From Eledone cirrhosa (Eukaryota), in assembly GCA_964016885.1 (NCBI GenBank), contig OZ024757.1, positions 13,888,001 through 13,952,000 on the forward strand: a DNA stretch of 64,000 bases, in the 5' to 3' direction. Of the stretch, positions 53,125-64,000 are shown in pieces (the first letter of the stretch is position 1; each line of letters opens with the position of its first letter). Made by a program: the position numbers and the translations under genes. The notes beneath the pieces were generated by a model, which made no database searches, was not told the origin of the DNA, and saw only the letters and a program-made list of their open reading frames with translations.

Positions 53125-53312
53125 TCATCATCATCATTATACGTCCGCTTTTCCCTGCTTGTAAGGGTGGGACGGGTCTTATTCAGCACAGCATCTCTCC
53201 ACTTGTCACGGTCCTTCGTCATCTCCACCGTGAGCTTCAGCGATCTGAGGTCTGTTCTCACCACCTCCGCCCATGTTTTTCGTGGTCTACCTCTACCACG
53301 TCTTCCTGGCAG

Positions 53313-53313
<1 letters not shown>
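53125..53313 (-). mobile_element. 3' fragment of RTE family A
   Basis: GRRGRGRPRKTWAEVVRTDLRSLKLTVEMTKDRDKWRDAVLNKTRPT; matches 24207-24387. Confidence 0.92.
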
Positions 53314-53350
<37 letters not shown>

Positions 53351-53389
53351 ATATTAAATAAATGGAAACTATATTTATAAAACCATATT

Positions 53390-53454
53390 TATTTTATTAT
53401 ATATATATTTCAAGGGTACCAAGCCACATTGGTACGCTTTCATCAGATAAAATA
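53390..53454 (-). ncRNA. Candidate type I hammerhead ribozyme in a fold-back element (53346-53614)
   Basis: tattttat CTGATGA aagcgtaccaa-tgtggc-ttggtaccctt GAAA tatatata TA ataaaata: 8-bp stem I, 10-bp stem II, palindromic stem III. Confidence 0.75.
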
Positions 53455-54073
53455 CAAAGTTTGTTTTATAAAGACATACCCATGAAAATCATACCTTATC
53501 GGTTGGAAATTCACTGGATAGTTATATTTTATCTGTGGCTTGGTACCCTTGAAATATATATAATAAAATAAATATGGTTTTATAAATATGGTTTCCATTT
53601 ATTTAATATCATTGAATATTTACTCCAGTAACTTGTTGAGTGCTCTAAATTAGTTATAAACATTTATATTTGTTGAACTTCCAACAAATTAATACCCCTT
53701 CTACTTTTATATATATATATATATATACACACATATATATATATATATATATATACATACATACAATCCTTATCCAGCTCTTCGGATTTTAGTCTTTGTA
53801 TTTATTATTACTATGTATATGTGTGTGTGTCTGTATATACACCTGGATACACCTGGTTTAAATGCTAAATGGTTAAAGGGTTTCTTATTTGAATTAAAAT
53901 CTTGTTAATTTACTATCTCAGTAATGAAATAATTAATAATTTTAGTAACTCCCTCAAAATTCTTTTTTAACTGAAATAGAATGAATTTCTTTAGAAATGT
54001 GGTAATAAAAATGTTAAAATTTAGTAATGCCTCTTTTCTGGGGTCTCTACTCTAGGCAGCTGCCTACATGGCA

Positions 54074-54289
54074 TTAACCCTTTAACATTTACATTACTCT
54101 ATATTTACTATTATATTTTCATGGTAAAGGCTTTATCTCACATAATATCAAATCTATGAGATTTGGATATTATTTATTTTGAGATCAATACATTAACATA
54201 AGTATGAGTGGCCGTTTATGGCCAGTTTGAACAGAAAGAAGTGAGAGAATTGTAGCTGGGTATGGCCAGTTTAAATTCTAAAGGGTTAA
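54074..54289. mobile_element. piggyBac-type MITE
   Basis: TTAA-CCCTTTA...TAAAGGG-TTAA. Confidence 0.87.
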
Positions 54290-54546
54290 AGGGTTCTTAA
54301 TTAAATTAAAATCTTGTTAATTTACTATCTCAGTATGAAATAATTAATAATTTTAGTAACTCCCTCAAAATTCTTTTTTAATTGAAATAAAATGAATTGC
54401 ATTAGAAATATGGTCATAAAAATGTTAAAATTTAGCAATGCTCCAGTAAGGGGCATTACAAGGTAGCTAGCTCCCAACATGGCCTCAATGGTAGCACGAG
54501 GGCTCTCTGTAAAATGCTTGATCTTTTTCTCTTCTCTCCTCTCCAG

Positions 54547-54780
54547 GAAAATATTGCAACATTGACATAGATGAATGTCTTATCCAGCCAGGCCTTTGTA
54601 AGAATGGTGCCACTTGCAACAACGTGCACGGTGGCTATTTGTGCATCTGTGTGAACGGCTGGACAGGCAAGGACTGCAGCGAAAATATTGATGATTGTGA
54701 GAGTCAGCCCTGCTACAATGGAGGAACCTGTTACGACAGGGTCGGCTACTACCACTGTGAATGTCCTCCTTCAAAAACTG
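54547..54780 (+). CDS. Notch: Notch receptor internal exon (EGF8 and EGF9), phase 1-1, 234 bp
   Basis: Polypyrimidine ctccag| ... |gtaagt; (G)KYCNIDIDECLIQPGLCKNGATCNNVHGGYLCICVNGWTGKDCSENIDDCESQPCYNGGTCYDRVGYYHCECPPSKT(G); CVNGWTG.DCSENIDDC and TC.DRV..Y.CECP...TG are diagnostic of Notch EGF8-9. Confidence 0.95.
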
Positions 54781-55339
54781 GTAAGTTCTTCCCATCTTGA
54801 TAGGAATATTATGTATCAATACCCACCACCGCCAGCACAGACCCCTATTTTCATTTCATTCATCTCTCTCTCCCACTGTCATTCACTCCCCCACCCTCCT
54901 ACTTTTCACCCCACCCTCCTACTTTTCAACCCTATCCTTCTGTCACACGCACCCCACTCTCGCTCACATCCTCCACCATCATTCCCACTCACTCTCACCT
55001 ACATCATCCTCCACTCTCACTCACTCCACCCTCACTCTGTGTATAGTGTGATGTTGTGTGGACAGCAGTGTGGTAGTGTGGGTGGTAGTGTGGTGTTGTG
55101 TGGGTGGTAGTGTGTAGACACATCACCCACCGCCGACACATCACCCACCAGTGACACTCACATCACCCACCGTGACACTCACATCACCCACCATGACACT
55201 CACATCACCCACACTCACATGCCCCACCACCCACACTCACAGTAACACCTGCTACTCTCACTCAACGCCACACATCACTCATTACCTCCTACAATAATTA
55301 GCTCCTGTTTTTTTTTTGCTTGTTTTTTTCTCCAATACA

Positions 55340-56625
55340 ACACTGACCACCACCACTACCACCACTACTACCACTACTACTACTACTGCTACTACTATCA
55401 CTACTACCACTACTGCTACTACCACTACTATTACTACTGCTACTACTACCACTACTACTACTGCTACCACTACTACTGCTACTACTACCACTACTACTGC
55501 TACTACTGCTACTACTACCGCTATTACTGCTACTACTACTACTGCTACTACTACTACCACTACTACTGCTACTACTACCACTACTACTGCTACTACTACC
55601 ACTACTACTGTTACTACTAATGCTACTATTATTACTATTACCATCACCAGCACAACAACCACCACCACTATCACAACCACCTTCTCCATACATTACCACT
55701 TCCATCACCACTACCATCATAACCACCTTCCCCATACTGCATCACTACCACCACCACAACCACCATGACCATACTACATCGCCCCTACCACCACCACGAT
55801 CATGACCATACTACGTCATCACCACCATTACCATCACAACTACTACAACCACCACCATGACCATACTACATCATTACCACAACTACCACCATCACAACCA
55901 TACTACACCACTACTGCCAGCACTACCGCTACCTTCACCACCACCATCACCATCACTACCACCACTACTCCTACCACTGCCACTACCACCACCACCACCA
56001 TCACTACCACCACCACTACTACCACCACTGTCACTACCACTACAACCATCACTACTACCACCACTACTACCACCGCCACTATCACCACTGCCACCACCGC
56101 CACCACTACCTCCACCATCACCACCATCATCACTACCACCATCATGACCATACTACATCACTACCACCACCACTACTACCACCACTGCCACTACCCCTAC
56201 CACTACCATCACCACTATCACCACTACCTCCACTACCACCACCACTACCACTACCACCATCATGACCATACTACATCATCACCACCACTACCACTACCAC
56301 CATCATGACCATACTACATCATCACCACCATCACCACTACCACTACCACCATCATGACCATACTACATTATCACCACCATCACCACTACCACCATCATGA
56401 TCATACTACATCACTACCACCACCACCACCATCATCACCATCATCACTACCACCATCATGACCATACTACATCACTACCACCACCACCACCATCACCATC
56501 ATCACTACCACCATCATGACCATACTACATCACTACCACCACCACCACCACCATCACCACCACCACCACCATCATCACCACCACCATCACCACCACCATC
56601 ATCACTACCACCATCACCACAACCA
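55340..56625. repeat. ACT/ACC compound trinucleotide satellite
   Basis: Direct reading. Confidence 0.95.
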
Positions 56626-57258
56626 GCAGCACTTGACTTCCACACCAGGATGTATGACCTCAGCTGCTGGAAGTGAAAAAATGTCCAAACTTTCACCTCT
56701 GAATGTTAGTTATGTAGGCTAGGTTGTGTGTATGGTGTCATGAAGTGTAATGTTGTGTGGACGACAGTGCGGTAGTGTGGGTGGTAGTGCTGTAGTGTCA
56801 TGTTGTGTGGTGTAGTGTGGGTGGTAGTATGTAGACATTGACAAGTAGTTCCTACCATGGGATTGGATTCAGTGAAATTTAGTTCGGAAAATTTAAAAGT
56901 TCACGGCGTGTGCATATATATATATATGTGTGTGTGTGTGTATGGATATATGTATATATATATATATATGAATTATATATATATATGGATTATATATATA
57001 TGTATATATATATATATATATATAGTGTTGTTCACTTTCTAATTAAATAGCTCTGTTCTATACATAGAGCACTCTTTTTTCCTTTGGGATTACCTAACAC
57101 ACACACATATATATATATATATAGAGATATTGATATATAGATATGGATATATAAGTATATATATATATATCTTTATGTATATCTTGATTATGTATATCTT
57201 TATTTAATCTGTATATATTTATTTATTTTTATTTTTTTTGTTCTTTGCGGATATATAT

Positions 57259-57349
<91 letters not shown>

Positions 57350-57353
57350 TATA

Positions 57354-57687
57354 GAGGCACATGGCTTAGTGGTTAGAGCATTGGCCTTGCAATCGGAAGG
57401 TTATGAGTTCAATTCTCAGACCGGGTGATGTGTTGTTTCCTTGAGGCAAGACCACTTTATTTCACATTGCTCCAGTTTACAAAGCTGTAGAAATGAGATG
57501 ATAGGGACTGGAGGTCCATATCATTCACTGCAAAGTGGTCGTGGAGGTGCCACGGCAAAAAAACACCCAGCACTCACTGTAAATGAGGTTGGTGTTAGGA
57601 AGGGCATCCAGCTGTAGAAATCAAGCCAGAATCAGTTTCCGTCCCACCCTTGCAAGCAGGGAAAAAGCGGAATGAAATGAAATGAAA
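57354..57687 (+). mobile_element. SINE family 1 with (AAATG)n tail
   Basis: Match to the family consensus. Confidence 0.9.
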
Positions 57688-57716
57688 TATATATATATAT
57701 ATATATACATATATGC

Positions 57717-57768
<52 letters not shown>

Positions 57769-57769
57769 G

Positions 57770-58273
57770 TGCAAAGAAGACAAAAATAAATAAATAAACA
57801 AATAAATAAATGTATATACAGACTAAATAAAGATGGCGTAGAAAATACAATGCAACGGGAGGAAACAATAGCACCACTGACGATGTTGCAGATGTGCAAC
57901 AAAAGAACTTTGATAAACTGTATATATGTGTTTGTGGTCTATATTGTATCTGAATTTTGACCGTTGGTCAGTCAATAGCAACATTGAGGAACGAATAAAT
58001 TAAATTACCGATATAAAAGACACAGAAGCGAAAACCAACCAAGCAGTGAGTGTGTTCTGTTATTAATTCTGGCAATATTACACAAATATTTGCCTTTCAT
58101 CCTTACGGGGTCGATAAAATAAAGTATCAGTAATACACTGGGTATTTGCTGGCCTTGTGCCAAAAGCAGAAACAATATTACACAAATATGACCCTCCCCA
58201 AGTATAACAATATTTGTTTCAACGCACGATTTCATATCAAAAACCTCGCAAAGCTAATTCATCGCCGTTATAA
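57770..58273 (+). mobile_element. Putative solo pseudo-LTR of a Penelope-like family (decayed hammerhead 57873-57914, ORF start 58188), interrupted by a SINE
   Basis: acca CTGACGA t gttgca-gatg-tgcaac aAAA gaac TT tgat; [28 protein letters not shown]. Confidence 0.6.
58090..58172 (+). mobile_element. 5'-truncated SINE family 2 with a 17-bp direct repeat (TSD)
   Basis: caatattacacaaatat at 58073-58089 and 58173-58189. Confidence 0.88.
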
Positions 58274-58274
58274 A

Positions 58275-61890
<3,616 letters not shown>

Positions 61891-64000
61891 TAGTAATAAT
61901 AATAAAATTGAAGACTAAAATCCAGAGAGGGCTCGATAAGGAAAAAATATATATCAAATATATAAGAACCGAAGAGCAAATATTTATTAAAATAACAGAT
62001 TAAAGTTTAAGCAAAGAATCGCTGCTTTCACCCTTAACGGGATCTTCTGAAACTAACAAAGTCAATCTGTAAACGCAGAACTGGATATTTCAAAAAACGT
62101 TGCAACCGGAGGAAGACAGGAAGACGATACTTTGGTTCATGGTGACGTTCGCTGGCAAAGAATGGGAAAAAAAACGAATAATACGTCATTAATAGGAGCG
62201 GTGAAAAACAATTACGTGCAAGGACAGAACCACGTTTATGGTATAAAAGAGGTCGTAGACTAATGTTCTCTAAGTGGTGCATAGAGACGTTCTCTGGCAA
62301 TGAACGAAAAAACAAAGATAATAAGTCATATGTGGAGCGTGGAGAACAATAGCGTGCAAAGACAAAACCACGTAAATGGTATAGCAGAAGTCGTAGACTA
62401 AAATTCTAACTAGGAGACCGAATGAATCTCCGCTACAGAGTTAAGAACAAAGTAAATAAATACATTACAGAAGTAATAGGAACAAATAAATACATACACG
62501 CAAACAGATACGTACATACACAAGCATACGCAAAACCTTACCATAGGTATACAAAACCACGCACATATAAATATGTGTATGTGTGTATGCTTGTGTACAA
62601 ATAAATAAATAATTATATAAACGTATATAAGTAAATAAATACGTATATAACAAGCGCACACACATACCTACAAATAAATACATGAAGGTTCGGAGACGTA
62701 AGTCAACTAAAACAAGAAGTACACATATACACACACCCACCATACGTACGAACCTGCATACTCACGCAGACGCAAAACTCCCATATACACATAACCAAGC
62801 CCTAAATACCAGAATATGTAAAAATTATACGCCAAAACAGTCAAATATACGTACGAGAAGGTATACATACCTTCACAAAACATACGGGTAATATATACTT
62901 ACCTATGCAAAAAGTAAAGGAATAAACAAAACATATACTTAGCTCCCACATCAAGACGAAAATATCCACGTATAGATCGTGCTATCCGTTAGGGTATAAC
63001 GTAGGGCTGTAATACAGGAAAGTTTTGTGCAATTTATGTTTACAAGCCGAAATTGCCTCAGATTTTTTGTTTAAGATGTGGTCTGTGGCGTAGAGTATTT
63101 CCAGGGCCTCAGCGGCGCAGAGGTCACATGGTCTTTTATTTCCGTTATACGATCTAGCCCGAGCTAGGATCTCCCAGTGTAACTTATATTGGGTGTGGTT
63201 GTCTTTTAGACTCCAGATATAAGCTGAAAGTGACGTCATATTCCTTCTTAGAGGGTAACGAAAAGAATGGGTATGCATGTAAAGATGCTGCTTGAAACTA
63301 TTGGCGGTTAACCCTATGTAGGCCCTACGGGACGTGGATGTTACAACCTTACATTTGTAGACAATGTTACTAGAGAGGCATTTCCCGGATAGGGGACAAT
63401 CAGCCCGATTCCTACAATTACAGTTAGTACTAACTACAGGGTTGCACGTGTTCCTACGGCTAGGTATTTTAGCTAAATTTGAAGCTGTGATGTTATGTGC
63501 AAGGTTAGGAGTCGTTGAGTAAGAAATTTTAATAGTGTTTCTATTAAAAATTTTACTATATTTATGTGTAGGGGGAAAATGCTTCGTAATAAGGGAAAGA
63601 AAGATCTTAGCTAATGGTGTGGCCACCTCCATATTATATGGTGGGTTAAACCAACAAATGCGACGGGATCTATTTCTTCTAGGTCTATTCTCGTACTCTG
63701 TATATGCTACCTTATCGACAAATCCACTTCGAGCAAGAGCTTCATTGTAATAAGTGGAATGGTCGTTGAAAATGCGCTCGTTGGTGGAAAGATGGGAAAG
63801 CCTCAACAAAACGTTTTTTACCAGGTTCTTGGTTATGCTGGCAGGATGGTTGGAATGCTTACTTATGTAATTAAGCGTATCATTCGGCTTTCTATACGGG
63901 TAATGCAACCCATTCAATAAATTGAGGGTAACGTCGAGGTAATTAACGACCGAGAGATTGGCCTCAACCTGTATAGAGAGGTTGAAGCCTTTAAAGAAGG
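61891..64000 (-). mobile_element. Penelope-like element (Neptune-like): RT C-terminus, Cys-rich linker, GIY-YIG endonuclease and ~1.1-kb 3' region; runs off window end
   Basis: Frame open from the window end (VNYLDVTLNL...PYRKPND...SNHP...IWFNPPY-like...CNCRNRADCPLSGKC...IVYKC...YIGLT...H..SF...CDLCAAE) to the stop at 62982. Confidence 0.92.
62005..62053 (-). ncRNA. Hammerhead-like motif with variant core in the PLE 3' region
   Basis: gttt CAGAAGA t ccc-gttaa-ggg t GAAA gca-gcgattctt-tgc TT aaac; same strand as the PLE ORF. Confidence 0.5.

Overview
AT-rich, repeat-saturated animal genomic DNA. The SINE/RTE repertoire and huge TA/TATG microsatellites suggest an octopod cephalopod, but that is inference. 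The only host-gene sequence I can support is two + strand, phase-1 exons (50555-50677, 123 bp; 54547-54780, 234 bp) encoding EGF repeats 7-9 of a Notch receptor, so almost the whole window is probably Notch intron. That intron holds RTE LINEs (one near-full-length but dead, one 5'-truncated with an uninterrupted ORF), CR1-like, R4/Dong-like and Penelope-like retroelement pieces, at least three SINE families, piggyBac- and mariner-type MITEs, and minisatellites amplified from TE fragments. The most interesting signal is a set of short, often fold-back elements, mostly in or beside (TA)n tracts, that carry type I hammerhead-ribozyme motifs. Several distinct families are present, showing stem covariation, one non-canonical core shared by two copies, and one copy with a MITE inserted in stem III; they most likely derive from Penelope pseudo-LTRs. 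Most long ORFs in the ORF track are microsatellite artefacts. Repeat boundaries were read by eye and are approximate.
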